A stretch of DNA of 64,000 nucleotides from an uncultured Bdellovibrionales bacterium (GCA_964580285.1 CAZOKB010000001.1:73366-137365), one strand, 5' to 3'. Counted from the stretch's first letter, positions 37,118 to 48,518 are shown. Numbers and translations are program-made. The notes: generated from the sequence alone by a model not told the origin.

Positions 37118-39766
37118 ATGAACATCAACAAATTCACTACTAAAAGTCAGGAGGCGCTCCGGCACGCACAGGAGATTGCTTTGTCACGCAATAATCCGCA
37201 GATGGAGATCGCGCATCTTCTTTATGCGCTCCTCATGCAGGAAGATTCTATTGTGCCGGTGGTGATCGGAAAGTTAGGGATAGATATCGAGGTGGTACGA
37301 GGAGCCGTGCTGGATGAGATTGATAAGTTCCCGCGGGCTGAATCTGGGGCGATCGGCCAATTGTATCTGGCTCCGCATTTGGCACAGGTCTTTGCTGAGG
37401 CTGAAAAAGAAATGCAGAAAATCGGCGATACGTTTGTTTCGACGGAACACTTGCTGTTAGCTGTACTCTTGGTGCCGAGTCATGTGAAGTCGGCTCTTGA
37501 AAGTATGCAGGTGCGGTACGATGTCGTCTTGACGATGCTTAAGGAGGTGCGCGGTAATCAACGGGTGGAGAGTCAAGAACCGGAACAAACTTATCAAGCG
37601 CTGGAAAAATATGCCCTTAATCTTACCAAGCAGGCACGCGAAGAAAAGCTGGATCCTGTGATCGGTCGGGATGAAGAAATTCGCCGGGTGATGCAGGTCC
37701 TGTCACGGCGCACGAAGAATAATCCGGTACTGATCGGTGAGGCGGGTACGGGGAAGACGGCAATCGCGGAGGGTTTGGCGCAGCGGATCGTTTCGGGTGA
37801 TGTTCCCGAAAGTCTTAAGGAAAAAGAAATTATTTCGCTCGACTTAGGGGCGCTCTTGGCGGGAGCCAAGTTCCGAGGAGAATTTGAAGAACGCTTGAAA
37901 GCCATTCTGAAAGAGGTAGAGCGTTCAGCAGAGCGGTTCATTCTCTTTATCGATGAAATCCATACGCTCGTGGGGGCGGGAGCGACCGATGGAGCGCTGG
38001 ACGCTTCGAATATGCTGAAGCCGGCTTTGGCTCGAGGAAAGCTTCGGACGATTGGTGCTACTACGCTGAAGGAATATCAAAAATATATTGAGAAAGACGC
38101 GGCGTTTGAGCGGCGTTTTCAGCCGGTGTTTGTGAGTGAACCTTCAGAAGAGGACGCTATCGCTATTCTTCGGGGCATTAAGGAAAAGTATGAATTGCAT
38201 CATGGTGTGAAGATAGATGATGATGCGCTGATTGCAGCGGTGCGTTTATCACGCCGCTATATCAGTGACCGCTTCCTTCCGGACAAGGCTATCGACCTGA
38301 TTGATGAAGCTGCTTCGCTTCGGCGCATGGAAATTGATTCGATGCCGGAAGATTTGGATCAGTTGGAGCGGAATATCCGTCGACTGGAAATTGAGAAACG
38401 GGCGTTGGAAAAAGAGCGCGAGGCATCAGCCAAAAAGAAGATTGCTGCTATCAACCGGGAACTTTCTGAATTACGGGAACGCAGCCAGAAATTTTCTCTG
38501 CAATGGAAAGCGGAACGTGAACTGATCGCGGCTATACGGGCGCGTAAGGAAGAACTGGACCGCTACCGTTCGGAAGCGGATAGTGCTGAGCGGCGAGGCG
38601 AACTGGATCGGGTCGCGGAGATTCGCTATGGATTGATTCCTGAAACTGAGAAAAAGATGCGAGCGGAGGAAAAGAAGCTGGAAGGTTTGCAACAGTCAGG
38701 ATCCATCTTGCGGGAAGAGATTACGGAGGAAGAAATAGCGGCGGTGGTCTCGCGCTGGACGGGGGTACCTATAAAGAAGATGCTTGCAGGAGAAGAAGAA
38801 AAGCTGGTGTATATGGAAAAGGCTCTGCAAGAACGGGTGATCGGGCAGGATGATGCCATCCGTGTCGTTGCACAGGCGATTCGGCGTTCCCGGACCGGTC
38901 TGTCGGAAGAAGGTCGGCCGATTGGATCTTTTATGTTCCTCGGTATGACGGGTGTTGGAAAAACGGAGCTGGCTAAGGCGCTGGCGGCCTTCCTCTTTGA
39001 TGATGAACGGGCGTTGGTGCGGGTAGATATGAGTGAATACATGGAAGCGCATGCCACGGCCAAACTGATTGGATCACCTCCGGGGTATGTGGGGCACGAT
39101 GAGGGAGGACAGTTGACGGAGACGATTCGTCGGCGGCCGTATAGCGTGATCCTGTTTGATGAAATTGAAAAAGCCCATCCAGAAGTTTTCAATATTTTCT
39201 TGCAGATTCTGGATGATGGCCGGCTCACCGATGCCAAAGGGCGGGTGGTGAATTTCAAGAATAGTGTCATTATCATGACGTCGAATGTCGGCTCCGATGT
39301 TCTGCTGAGGATGCAGGCACTTGGTTTCCAGGGGGAGCGCAAAGATCGGGATGATCCACGAGAAGAAGATATGAAGTCGAAAATTATGGCCAGCTTGAAA
39401 GAAACATTTCGGCCGGAGTTTTTGAACCGTATTGACGAGATCGTGGTCTTTCATCCGCTTTCGAAGCAGGCGATTCGGAATATTGTGGATGCTGAATTGA
39501 AAAAATTGGATCGTCGACTTGCGGTACAAGAGATTCGTATAGAATGGCCAGAGAGCGTGCGGAAGCACTTGGCAGAAAAGGGGTATGATCCGCTCTACGG
39601 TGCGCGGCCGCTCAAGCGGGTGATACAGAACGATATTCTTGATGTACTGGCTCTGGATATCCTGGAGAAAAAATGGGAGGCCGGCCGATGGCTTCGGGCT
39701 TCAGTAGAGAAGGGGCGAATAGCTTTCGGGGTACGCCGTCCGATTCAAAAGAGGAAAAAGATCTAA
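37118..39766 (+). CDS. clpB: ATP-dependent chaperone ClpB
   Basis: Clp N-domain, NBD1 (GEAGTGKTA), long coiled-coil middle domain, NBD2 (GMTGVGKTE) and the ClpB C-terminus. Confidence 0.9.
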   Translation: MNINKFTTKSQEALRHAQEIALSRNNPQMEIAHLLYALLMQEDSIVPVVIGKLGIDIEVVRGAVLDEIDKFPRAESGAIGQLYLAPHLAQVFAEAEKEMQKIGDTFVSTEHLLLAVLLVPSHVKSALESMQVRYDVVLTMLKEVRGNQRVESQEPEQTYQALEKYALNLTKQAREEKLDPVIGRDEEIRRVMQVLSRRTKNNPVLIGEAGTGKTAIAEGLAQRIVSGDVPESLKEKEIISLDLGALLAGAKFRGEFEERLKAILKEVERSAERFILFIDEIHTLVGAGATDGALDASNMLKPALARGKLRTIGATTLKEYQKYIEKDAAFERRFQPVFVSEPSEEDAIAILRGIKEKYELHHGVKIDDDALIAAVRLSRRYISDRFLPDKAIDLIDEAASLRRMEIDSMPEDLDQLERNIRRLEIEKRALEKEREASAKKKIAAINRELSELRERSQKFSLQWKAERELIAAIRARKEELDRYRSEADSAERRGELDRVAEIRYGLIPETEKKMRAEEKKLEGLQQSGSILREEITEEEIAAVVSRWTGVPIKKMLAGEEEKLVYMEKALQERVIGQDDAIRVVAQAIRRSRTGLSEEGRPIGSFMFLGMTGVGKTELAKALAAFLFDDERALVRVDMSEYMEAHATAKLIGSPPGYVGHDEGGQLTETIRRRPYSVILFDEIEKAHPEVFNIFLQILDDGRLTDAKGRVVNFKNSVIIMTSNVGSDVLLRMQALGFQGERKDRDDPREEDMKSKIMASLKETFRPEFLNRIDEIVVFHPLSKQAIRNIVDAELKKLDRRLAVQEIRIEWPESVRKHLAEKGYDPLYGARPLKRVIQNDILDVLALDILEKKWEAGRWLRASVEKGRIAFGVRRPIQKRKKI

Positions 39767-39842
39767 AGGAAGCTCGTATTTTGTTTTTTTGAGAGAACTG
39801 CTATAAGCTGAAAAGAGGAATCTGATCTGGCGAAATACCCGC

Positions 39843-40598
39843 ATGATATTTCATTTCACGATACTTTTGTGGTCATTCATCTTCTCGGCAGGGCTGTGGT
39901 TTGTGGCCCAGGGAGAAGTGGTTTTGGAATGGAGTTGGTATCTCTATACCATTGGTCCGTTGGCGCTTATCTCAGTCATTGCGGCGCAGCGAGTAACACA
40001 CAGGACTGTTGATGCGGCTATCCCGCTTCTTCTTTCCGTAACGGCCCCGGTGCTCCTTTCTTTGATTGATGCGCCATTGGAACGCCAGTTGTTTGTGATG
40101 ATTGCTGGCTCTATGTACTATCTGGGTCTCTTGGCGCTCTACCGTTTGCGGCATACTCCGAGTGATCAAACGGCACAATCAATGCTGTCGGTAGCTGTTA
40201 TGGCAGCGGTTTTCTTTTTCTATTCAGGAATCTACGGATTTTATGTTAATTTTAATTTCCCTCTCTGGGGACTGATACTCTTATTTGCTTCAGGAACAGC
40301 CGCAGCGAGCTACCAGACATTTGTGATTCGGGGTCGCAAGGAGCGTCGGCGAGCTCTGACATACAGCTTGGTAGTGGGTATCATCATGGGGGAAATGGCC
40401 TGGGCGCTTGGTTTTTGGCCGTTCGGTTATCTGACTACCGGAGCCATTGCGCTCATCCTCTATGCGATTCTTTGGGATATAGCTTTTGATGTCTTTCATC
40501 GAGAGCTTTCGCTCCGGCGTGCCGCCACCCGCATACTCTTTTTTTTAGCACTGATTTTCCTTTTGTTGTGGAGTACCCCGTGGCATATTCTTGCTTGA
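39843..40598 (+). CDS. hypothetical polytopic membrane protein
   Basis: 251 aa with about 7 predicted TM helices. Confidence 0.4.
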   Translation: MIFHFTILLWSFIFSAGLWFVAQGEVVLEWSWYLYTIGPLALISVIAAQRVTHRTVDAAIPLLLSVTAPVLLSLIDAPLERQLFVMIAGSMYYLGLLALYRLRHTPSDQTAQSMLSVAVMAAVFFFYSGIYGFYVNFNFPLWGLILLFASGTAAASYQTFVIRGRKERRRALTYSLVVGIIMGEMAWALGFWPFGYLTTGAIALILYAILWDIAFDVFHRELSLRRAATRILFFLALIFLLLWSTPWHILA

Positions 40599-40623
40599 TA
40601 GAAACAGGGAGATATGGTAGGGT

Positions 40624-41811
40624 GTGGCATCGGTATCGCTTGATAAGAAAACGATTATGACGCTGAAAAATGTAGTTCGAGGAGCAGTACTGGTGGCAGG
40701 GATCATGCTCTTAGGTGGTATAGGCAGCCTTATTATTGATCGGTCAATTTTGCCGTGGCTTTCTGCTCAAAACGGGTTGAGTCACTTCGAATTTTTGAAG
40801 CGCGCTGCGGACAACGTAACGATTGTAAATAAGACGGAACAGATAACCGTTCGTGAAGATGATTCATTGGAAAATATTGTGTCGCAGCCAGCCACCGCTG
40901 TGGTGACTCTGGTAACTCATCTGCCGGGTACAGCAGAACGGACGGGAGGAGAGGGTGATGTTGCATCAGGGGTACTCCTCACGAACGATGGTATTATCGC
41001 GACCTACCGGTCTTCGGATATACCTAAAATAGAGGGGCAGACATTCTCGGTCATTCTTTTTGATGGTTCAGTAGAGGAAGCGCGCTTTATTGGTTGGGAT
41101 TCGCTTACGAATATAGCCTTTTTCCGTATTGAGGTTTCCGATGCTCCGGCTATTGCTCTGGCAGATTCAGATAGTGCGCGGTTGGGAAAAAAACTCATCG
41201 CTATTGCGCATGGTGACGAGGCTCGTCAGAATCGATTTCTGACGGGTACGCTAGATGCTTTTGATGCCACCTTTAATCTTTCGGGTAAGACAGTGGCGTC
41301 AACTGAAAAATGGGAGGGTGTCTTCCGAATGAATACGCCTCTCGGTGTTGATTTTGTTGGCAGTCCGGTTATCCAGTATAACGGTGAGATGCTAGGGATC
41401 ATCGGAACACTCGTGATAGATAATGCCCCAGAAACCTTCATTATTCCAGCAAAAGCCATCCGTCAGTCGTTAGATTTTGTGCTTTCAGAAGAAGGGAAGA
41501 ATGGGCGACCATCTTTAGGGGTGTATTATCTTCCCTTGACGAAATCAGTGGCGTTGCTCCGTGGTATAGCGCGCGATCAGGGAGCGCTCGTGTACTCATC
41601 GTCCGGTCGGACAGGGCTGGCACTTATCGCCGGGTCACCGGCGGAAAAAGCCGGTCTTCGAGTGAATGATATTATTGTGGCGGTAGCCGGAGAACCGATA
41701 ACGCTTACTACTCCGCTGCCAGTAGCCCTCATGAAGTTTAAGCGAGGGGAAACCTTTGCTCTTACGGTGCTGCGCGACGGGACAGAGCAAGAGCTCCTGG
41801 TGACGCTCTAA
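40624..41811 (+). CDS. HtrA-like trypsin-fold plus PDZ protein with a degenerate catalytic triad (probable pseudoprotease)
   Basis: PDZ (GLALIAGSPAEKAGLRVNDIIVAV) and protease-fold blocks are present. The His context TNRHVV is replaced by TNDGII and the Asp context DIAVL by NIAFF. Confidence 0.5.
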   Translation: MASVSLDKKTIMTLKNVVRGAVLVAGIMLLGGIGSLIIDRSILPWLSAQNGLSHFEFLKRAADNVTIVNKTEQITVREDDSLENIVSQPATAVVTLVTHLPGTAERTGGEGDVASGVLLTNDGIIATYRSSDIPKIEGQTFSVILFDGSVEEARFIGWDSLTNIAFFRIEVSDAPAIALADSDSARLGKKLIAIAHGDEARQNRFLTGTLDAFDATFNLSGKTVASTEKWEGVFRMNTPLGVDFVGSPVIQYNGEMLGIIGTLVIDNAPETFIIPAKAIRQSLDFVLSEEGKNGRPSLGVYYLPLTKSVALLRGIARDQGALVYSSSGRTGLALIAGSPAEKAGLRVNDIIVAVAGEPITLTTPLPVALMKFKRGETFALTVLRDGTEQELLVTL

Positions 41812-41854
41812 AGAACAGGTCTAAATCCTTTTGACAGAGCCTTTTTTGAAAGGT

Positions 41855-43147
41855 ATGATACGGGAAGATAATTCATACTTCCTGTTTTGTATGCGACAAT
41901 CGCAACTCTTTACCAAGACGCTAAAACACGCTCCGAAAGATGAAGTCTCAAAAAACGCCCAGCTGTTGATTCGGGCTGGTTTTGTGCATAAGGAAATGGC
42001 TGGTGTCTACGCCTTTCTCCCGTTGGGCCTGCGGGTACTTGAGCACATCAAGAGTATTGTGCGGGAGGAAATGGATGCCCTGGGGTGCCAGGAGCTCATT
42101 ATGACGAGTTTGCAACGGAAAGAGCTATGGCAAAAAACTGATCGTTGGGATGATGAGAAAGTAGATGTATGGTTTAAATCGATGTTCAAAAATGGAGCCG
42201 AGGTTGGTTTTGGGTGGTCGCATGAAGAGCAGATTACAGAGATGATGAAAAATTATCTTTCTAGTTACCGCGATCTCCCTGCTAATGTCTATCAATTTCA
42301 AACCAAGCTGCGCAATGAAACGCGAGCGAAATCTGGGATCATGCGTTGCCGGGAGTTTGTGATGAAGGATTTGTATTCTTATTCGCGCACAGAAGAGCAT
42401 CACCAAAAGTTTTATGATTCTGTGACAAAGGCGTACCTGCGTGTTTTTGAAAGAGTCGGTTTAGGTGATCGGACATTTCTTACGTTTGCATCTGGCGGTG
42501 CGTTTACTCAGTTTAGTCACGAATTTCAAACGATTACGGATGCGGGTGAAGATATCGTGTATCTTGATCGAGAAAAAGGAGTAGCTATCAATGAAGAAGT
42601 GCTTACAGATGAAGTTATTGTTCAGCTTGGAGTCAATCGGGAAAATCTTGAAAAGATAAAAACTGCAGAAGTTGGTAATATCTTTAGTTTTGGCGGAACC
42701 AAGAGTGAACAGTTAGGATTGTATTTTAAGGACGATGACGGTGTGATGAAACCTGTTGTCCTTGGTTCTTATGGAATTGGAATAACACGACTTATGGGAG
42801 TTATAGCGGAGTGTTTTTCAGATGAAAAAGGGTTGGTGTGGCCAGAAAGCGTGGCGCCATTCCAGGTGCACTTGCTTTCGCTGGGACAAAACGAAAAGGC
42901 GGATGAAATCTATCGATCGCTTACTGAAGCGGGTTTTGAAGTGCTCTATGATGACCGTGATGTGACGCCAGGAGAAAAGTTTGCTGAAAGTGATCTTTTT
43001 GGTATTCCCTACCGTATGGTGATCGGTAAGCGTTCTCTTGAGAGCGGAGCGGCTGAAGTGAAACGGCGTATTGAAAGCGAGGCTATTCCAGTGGCTTTCG
43101 AACATCTCATTTCTTTCTTGAAAGAACACCTCCATGTCTCGGCATAA
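41855..43147 (+). CDS. proS: prolyl-tRNA synthetase (short form)
   Basis: MRQSQLFTKTLKHAPKDEVSKNAQLLIRAGF N-terminus, class II motifs and C-terminal anticodon-binding domain. Confidence 0.8.
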   Translation: MIREDNSYFLFCMRQSQLFTKTLKHAPKDEVSKNAQLLIRAGFVHKEMAGVYAFLPLGLRVLEHIKSIVREEMDALGCQELIMTSLQRKELWQKTDRWDDEKVDVWFKSMFKNGAEVGFGWSHEEQITEMMKNYLSSYRDLPANVYQFQTKLRNETRAKSGIMRCREFVMKDLYSYSRTEEHHQKFYDSVTKAYLRVFERVGLGDRTFLTFASGGAFTQFSHEFQTITDAGEDIVYLDREKGVAINEEVLTDEVIVQLGVNRENLEKIKTAEVGNIFSFGGTKSEQLGLYFKDDDGVMKPVVLGSYGIGITRLMGVIAECFSDEKGLVWPESVAPFQVHLLSLGQNEKADEIYRSLTEAGFEVLYDDRDVTPGEKFAESDLFGIPYRMVIGKRSLESGAAEVKRRIESEAIPVAFEHLISFLKEHLHVSA

Positions 43148-43838
43148 CGATGAGCGTATCATTATTTCTTTGGGTGGATCGCTCCTGGTGCCGGAAGCGA
43201 TTGATACGGCTTTTGTGAAGGTGTTTAAGCAGTGTCTTCTGAAGGAGATAAAGACCGGGAAGCGGTTCATTCTCGTAACCGGTGGCGGTAAGGTGGCGCG
43301 GCGCTATATTGAAGCGGCAGGTGAGGTGAGCCGGATTACTAATGATGACAAAGACTGGCTAGGGATTCATGCTACGCGGATGAATGCTCATTTCATTCGC
43401 ACGGTGTTTCGTGCACATGCGCACCCAAAAATCAATACCAATCCGCATGATCTGGAAGATTTCTACGGGGCCAAAGAAGCGATTCTGGTAGCTGGCGGTT
43501 GGCGGCCGGGACACTCAACCGATTTCAATGCTGTCGTCCTGGGGAAATATCTGGGAGCGAAACAGATTATCAATCTTTCAAATATTGATGCCGTGTATGA
43601 TCGGGATCCAAAACAATTTCCGGATGCGAAACCGATCAAGAGCATGCGCTGGAAAGCTTTTCGTAAACTGGTTGGTGATGAGTGGGATCCGGGTATGAAT
43701 ACTCCTTTTGATCCCATTGCGGCGCAATTAGCTCAGGAGGAAGGAATGGAAGTAGTGATTTTACATGGACGAAATATTGAGAATCTTGAGCGGTATTTAG
43801 CGAATAAAACTTTTGTGGGTACGGTAATCAAAGACTAA
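43134..43838 (+). CDS. pyrH: UMP kinase (archaeal-like amino-acid-kinase fold)
   Basis: IISLGGSLLVPE...ILVTGGGKVARRYIEAA. Confidence 0.7.
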   Translation: MSRHNDERIIISLGGSLLVPEAIDTAFVKVFKQCLLKEIKTGKRFILVTGGGKVARRYIEAAGEVSRITNDDKDWLGIHATRMNAHFIRTVFRAHAHPKINTNPHDLEDFYGAKEAILVAGGWRPGHSTDFNAVVLGKYLGAKQIINLSNIDAVYDRDPKQFPDAKPIKSMRWKAFRKLVGDEWDPGMNTPFDPIAAQLAQEEGMEVVILHGRNIENLERYLANKTFVGTVIKD

Positions 43839-43839
43839 T

Positions 43840-44790
43840 ATGATGGGAAAAAAAGTTTGGTTGGCGAGCCCCAGAGGCTTTTGTGCTGGAGTAGCGCGGG
43901 CAGTCAAAACGGTAGAAGAAGTATTGGAAATATTTGGAGCACCGGTATACGTTAAGCACGAAATCGTCCACAACAAGCACGTTGTAGAAGCGCTGCAAAA
44001 AAAAGGGGCTATTACGGTAGAGGATATCGCTCTGGTTCCGGAAGGATCTGTAGTGGTGTTTTCCGCGCATGGTTCTCCGCGAGAACACTACGCACAGGCT
44101 CGGGTTCGGAATCTCACACTGATTGATGCAACCTGTCCTTTGGTTACCAAAGTGCATCTCGAATTACTTCGCTACCTCAAAGAAGGGTACCGAGTAATCT
44201 ATATTGGCCATCGGGGGCATATTGAAGGAGTAGGCGTGTTAGGTGAGGCACCAGGAGTTGAGATTCCGATTGTTGAAACGGTGGAGGATGTTGAAAGGTT
44301 AGATATTGGCCAGCCAGATAAGGTGGTGTATCTCACCCAGACCACGCTTTCAGTGGATGAGACTCGAGGAGTGATTGAGGTGCTGACTCAGAAATATCCG
44401 AATATCATAGCTCCGCCGCTGCAGGATATTTGTTTTGCAACCACGAATCGTCAGGAGGCGGTAAAGGCTTTGGCGGAACGTTCCGAGCTTGTGCTTATTT
44501 TTGGATCACAAAATTCTTCGAACTCAAAACGGCTCATGGAAACAGCTCGGGCAGCCGGAGCCGAGGCATACCTGATTGATGATATTTCCATGCTTCAAGA
44601 TCACTGGTTCGAGAAGGTGACGACTATTGGGATCAGTGCGGGAGCGAGCGCTCCAGAACATGTGGTGTTTGAGGCAACTGAATATTTCCGTTCCCATGGC
44701 TATACAGTAGAAGATCTCATTGCCCTCGAAGAGCATATGCGTTTTGCTCCACCTCTTGAACTTATGCAGCTGAAAGAAAAGTCTGCGTAG
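43840..44790 (+). CDS. ispH: 4-hydroxy-3-methylbut-2-enyl diphosphate reductase
   Basis: LASPRGFCAGVARAV, HNKHVV and conserved cysteines of IspH/LytB. Confidence 0.85.
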   Translation: MMGKKVWLASPRGFCAGVARAVKTVEEVLEIFGAPVYVKHEIVHNKHVVEALQKKGAITVEDIALVPEGSVVVFSAHGSPREHYAQARVRNLTLIDATCPLVTKVHLELLRYLKEGYRVIYIGHRGHIEGVGVLGEAPGVEIPIVETVEDVERLDIGQPDKVVYLTQTTLSVDETRGVIEVLTQKYPNIIAPPLQDICFATTNRQEAVKALAERSELVLIFGSQNSSNSKRLMETARAAGAEAYLIDDISMLQDHWFEKVTTIGISAGASAPEHVVFEATEYFRSHGYTVEDLIALEEHMRFAPPLELMQLKEKSA

Positions 44791-45091
44791 TATAAGAAGC
44801 GTATACGGTATTGGGTATTGCATGCCTGTGACCTCTTCGGATTTTATCCGTTGCTTTTTTCTTTTTCCCTCCGTACACTATTTGTAACGGTCGTGTGCAA
44901 TTGTGTACACTTTTTTTCAAGTCTCACACTCAAAAGTCTCTGGATGGTTTTCCTTCCCAGCATTCCATTGTCTTCCTGTGGTGCTTTGCATCCAGCGGTC
45001 GCCAACGGAACGACCGGAAAGGAAAACGAATGCGGCTTGTTGTCAAACAAAAGAAAGGGTACACTAATCTTAACATTCCTAACACAAAACT

Positions 45092-45796
45092 ATGTCTTTT
45101 CTCAAACCCAAAAAAGGTTCCGTCCTCGTCTTCTCCCTCATTATCTTGAGCATCATCCTCTCTGCTGCCATTACCGTCGCCACGGTTTCCGTCACCAATC
45201 AACGTTCGGCTACCGCTACCGGTAAATCCGTCCAATCTTTCCAAGTAGCTGATTCCGGCATCGAACTGGCTCTCCAAAAGATCTACAAAGGTACCTATAC
45301 CTCTTCCGACTCTCTCGCTACCGCTATGACCGGTATGACCTGTTCTGGTACTACCCTCACCAAAAGCGATGTCGCCGGAGGCAATGTCTCCCTCACCCTC
45401 TTTGATACGGATGGTAACCCGATCAATTGCTCGGATACTAGCTGGAGAGACAAAGTGGTCAAAGTCAAATCAGAAGGCAGTGCTTTTGGAACGACACGAG
45501 TGGTGGAGACGGCGGTGGCGGCGACGAGTCCAGATTACAAAGTGTGTTATGGAGCCTATGCATCTCCATCATTCGCATCCGCATCTAATAGTCATATGTT
45601 TGAAACGGTAGTTCCTGATTCATGGACTAATGAGACTTGTCGTGCCCATGTGATGAGTATGAAAGGCGGAGCAAGCGAAGTCGTTTATCAATTAAAATGC
45701 TTTCTTTCCGGAGGCTCTATATCAACTGGTTCTACTTCATCTATTAATCCAAGCACAACAACAGGAGGAATTCCAAGTTCGAATTGCGGATGGTAG
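45092..45796 (+). CDS. hypothetical secreted/anchored protein (N-terminal hydrophobic anchor, Ser/Thr-rich C-terminus)
   Basis: MSFLKPKKGSVLVFSLIILSIILSAAITVATV is pseudopilin-like but lacks the canonical G-FTLIE motif. Confidence 0.4.
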   Translation: MSFLKPKKGSVLVFSLIILSIILSAAITVATVSVTNQRSATATGKSVQSFQVADSGIELALQKIYKGTYTSSDSLATAMTGMTCSGTTLTKSDVAGGNVSLTLFDTDGNPINCSDTSWRDKVVKVKSEGSAFGTTRVVETAVAATSPDYKVCYGAYASPSFASASNSHMFETVVPDSWTNETCRAHVMSMKGGASEVVYQLKCFLSGGSISTGSTSSINPSTTTGGIPSSNCGW

Positions 45797-45828
45797 TTGT
45801 TGTAGAAAATTGGCTAGAATCTTTAATT

Positions 45829-46944
45829 TCATTTAAGAATATATTCAAGGGTTTGTTGAGCACAGGTATCCCAAGAGAACGCTCTCAAGCGTTCTTTGCC
45901 TTTTTGTACGAGTGTATTACGGAGTATTTCGTCGCCCCAGAGTCGCAGGAGCTGTTCGGTGATCTCACCGGTATCAAAAGCGCTGGCATAGAGGGCGGCA
46001 TCGCCGGCGACTTCCGGGAGACTAGAATTGTTGGCGGTAAGCACGGGTGTGCCAGAGGCGAAGGCTTCGAGGAGCGGAATGCCGAAGCCTTCGTAGAGCG
46101 AAGGGAAAGCAAAGCAGCGAGCCCCTTGATAGAGAGCGGGCAGATGCGCGAAGGGAACCTGCCCAGTGAGCAGGATATCATCCCGATAGGGGGAAGATTC
46201 GCGAGCAGCCAAAATCGGATCCGATAACCAGGCGCGCTCACCAGCCAGCACCAGGATGGCCTCGGGAGCCGTATGTTTGAGTATACCGAAGGCTTCAATC
46301 AGGCGTACAAGATTTTTTCGCGGCTGGAGTGCACCGACATAGAGGATATATTGCTGATCGCGGAGCCCGTAATGCGTGAGAATCTCAAGTTTTTCTTTTT
46401 CTGGTACCGGAACAGAGAAGCGTGCTTGATCAAAACCATGATGAATAACGCGAACCTTTTCGGGTGGAAGCGCTGGAAAGAAGTGGAGGAGGTCTTTTTT
46501 AGTGGCTTCAGAAACGGCAACGATCTTGTTGGCACGCTGTACCGCTCTTTCAAGAAGAAAATTAAGCTTGAAACGAGTTTTGGGGGTGAAGGTTTCCGGG
46601 TAATGCTTCCAGGCGAGATCATGCACGGTAATCGTGACTTCGGAAGCGGAGGGTAGAAAGACGGGGACTGCCTGTACAGGGAAGAAGATTTTCTCCGGTT
46701 GAGTACGGAACATTGCGCGAGCGAAACGGGTTTGCATCCACTGACTCGGGAAAGGAAGGGTATGTACGGTGTAGTTAGGAAAGAGAGGTGGGGTGAGTTC
46801 GGGATTAAAACGGTGTTTGTGATAGAGGTGAAAGTCTGTCTCAGGGGCAAGAGAACCGAAACGTTTCAAGAGTTCCAGAAGATAGACGCGGGTACCGTCT
46901 ATACGAGAGGCGTCAAGATCGGCGGCTTGAACGGCAAGAGTCAT
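45829..46944 (-). CDS. glycosyltransferase family 4
   Basis: GT4 C-terminal EGFGIPLLEAFASGTPVL motif. Confidence 0.75.
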   Translation of the reverse strand: MTLAVQAADLDASRIDGTRVYLLELLKRFGSLAPETDFHLYHKHRFNPELTPPLFPNYTVHTLPFPSQWMQTRFARAMFRTQPEKIFFPVQAVPVFLPSASEVTITVHDLAWKHYPETFTPKTRFKLNFLLERAVQRANKIVAVSEATKKDLLHFFPALPPEKVRVIHHGFDQARFSVPVPEKEKLEILTHYGLRDQQYILYVGALQPRKNLVRLIEAFGILKHTAPEAILVLAGERAWLSDPILAARESSPYRDDILLTGQVPFAHLPALYQGARCFAFPSLYEGFGIPLLEAFASGTPVLTANNSSLPEVAGDAALYASAFDTGEITEQLLRLWGDEILRNTLVQKGKERLRAFSWDTCAQQTLEYILK

Positions 46945-46949
46945 AAGTT

Positions 46950-47345
46950 TTACCTATTTTTTCGAAACAGGAATCCGAGGAGGGCAAGCAGGCATAGGAT
47001 ACAGCCTATGATGATAGGTGGAAATTTGATGAGTGAGAGGAGAACCAGTGTGCCTCCCCAGAGACCAAGGAGGGCGAGGAAGATGAAAAAGAAGGAGCGT
47101 TGTGGAGTATGAATGTTTTGGTGAAAGGCGGTGAGAAGGACTTGATGGAGCATAAAGAGTGTGAGAATGCCACCAAAACAGAGAGCCAGATTGATACGGG
47201 CAGATACAAAGGTTGGAAGCAGTATTTCGATCGAGAGGAGAACAGCGAAACCAAAGAGGAGGATGAAGAGGAACTCCGTGAAGAGCGCTAGAATGACCGG
47301 AACGGAGGGGTGTTTTGCTTTGATGGTTTTTATAGAAAAAGACAT
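46950..47345 (-). CDS. small polytopic membrane protein in the glycosyltransferase cluster
   Basis: 131 aa, 4 predicted TM helices. Stop is 5 nt after the upstream ORF's stop. Confidence 0.4.
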   Translation of the reverse strand: MSFSIKTIKAKHPSVPVILALFTEFLFILLFGFAVLLSIEILLPTFVSARINLALCFGGILTLFMLHQVLLTAFHQNIHTPQRSFFFIFLALLGLWGGTLVLLSLIKFPPIIIGCILCLLALLGFLFRKNR

Positions 47346-47354
47346 AGGATGTGG

Positions 47355-48518
47355 TTATTCACCGAGGCCGAAGCGATTAAGGAGTCGGGATTTGATTTGG
47401 CTGGCGAAGAGACGGAAATTATGAGGAGTCCGATCAGTGATAAGCGATACTGTGAGCGTGTCGATGTCGATGGCAGTGTTGCTGCGTAGAGCCAGCTGGA
47501 AAGCGGTTCCCCAGCCTGAGGGAAGTGTGCTCTCAGGAATATCACAGACGAGACTCTTCCGGTACCAGGAAGCCAGAGGTATACAAGAAAGAGTTTGATT
47601 GCGCGCAGCGAGTGAAACGCTGATAGGAGTAGTGTGTTCGGTGAGAAACTTGCGGTATTCCGGCGAAGTGATGGGGCGGAGCTGCTGCTGGTCTACAATG
47701 AGCAGGGTGCCGCTATCGGTATCCCGGAACAGTGTTCCATCAGATTGGGCCGCTCCGTAGAGAAGGATGCGTCCGCGCTTATAGATACCGATTTCTTCTT
47801 CGTGAGCCGGGATAACGTCTTCGAAACGGTAGCCCATGGAAAGGAAGATACCTGGATCTCCGAATGGGCGGATCTCATGCTCATTGACGACGAGAAAAAT
47901 ACCATCGGCGAATGAAATAAGGCTACCGATACGGAAGCCGATCCATTCTTCGGAAACCGGAAGAGAGGCAGCGAGACTCGAAGAAAGCGGGAGCGCCAAG
48001 GATTCTGGATAGCGAGAGAGGTAGGCTTGGGTGGAAACAAAGCGTTTGAGTACTCCATCCTCTTCGGTGTAGTAGATACCGTGCTGATCTCGGTAGAGGG
48101 GCGGATGCTCGAAAGTGGCAACGGGTATTCCATCGATCGGCAAAAAGAAGGCGCGGTATGAGCGAGAGAAGGATGCTTTGAGATCAGAAGCCGGAGCTGA
48201 TTTCTTGTTCAGTGTGAGAGTTATCCGAATGCGCGAAAAAGTGCCCGGGCTATCAAAGTTGCCGATGAGTGTTTGATGAGCATTGATTTTCCCGTTGAGG
48301 AGTGGTGCTTGATTGCTGGCTTGCCGGGGATCAAGGAAAGTATTTTTAGTTGATTGCGGGGTGCGGAAATTGAAACTGAACGGTAGAGTGGGAAAAATAA
48401 TACGGAGCGCGAAGAAAAGAGCGAGAGAAAAACATGTGAGGTAGAGCGCTATGCGGAGAAAGGTATAGCGCCGCTGTTCGGCTTGAGGGATAGGCAGAAA
48501 GGGTTCGGTAAATGACAT
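47355..48518 (-). CDS. hypothetical membrane-anchored protein
   Basis: 387 aa with an N-terminal TM anchor. Confidence 0.4.
   Translation of the reverse strand: MSFTEPFLPIPQAEQRRYTFLRIALYLTCFSLALFFALRIIFPTLPFSFNFRTPQSTKNTFLDPRQASNQAPLLNGKINAHQTLIGNFDSPGTFSRIRITLTLNKKSAPASDLKASFSRSYRAFFLPIDGIPVATFEHPPLYRDQHGIYYTEEDGVLKRFVSTQAYLSRYPESLALPLSSSLAASLPVSEEWIGFRIGSLISFADGIFLVVNEHEIRPFGDPGIFLSMGYRFEDVIPAHEEEIGIYKRGRILLYGAAQSDGTLFRDTDSGTLLIVDQQQLRPITSPEYRKFLTEHTTPISVSLAARNQTLSCIPLASWYRKSLVCDIPESTLPSGWGTAFQLALRSNTAIDIDTLTVSLITDRTPHNFRLFASQIKSRLLNRFGLGE

Noticed and set aside
45092-45796. Type IV pilin / pseudopilin call
   Set aside because: The N-terminus is hydrophobic and pilin-like but lacks the G-F/M-T-L-I-E prepilin cleavage motif with Glu5, so it is only a generic anchored secreted protein
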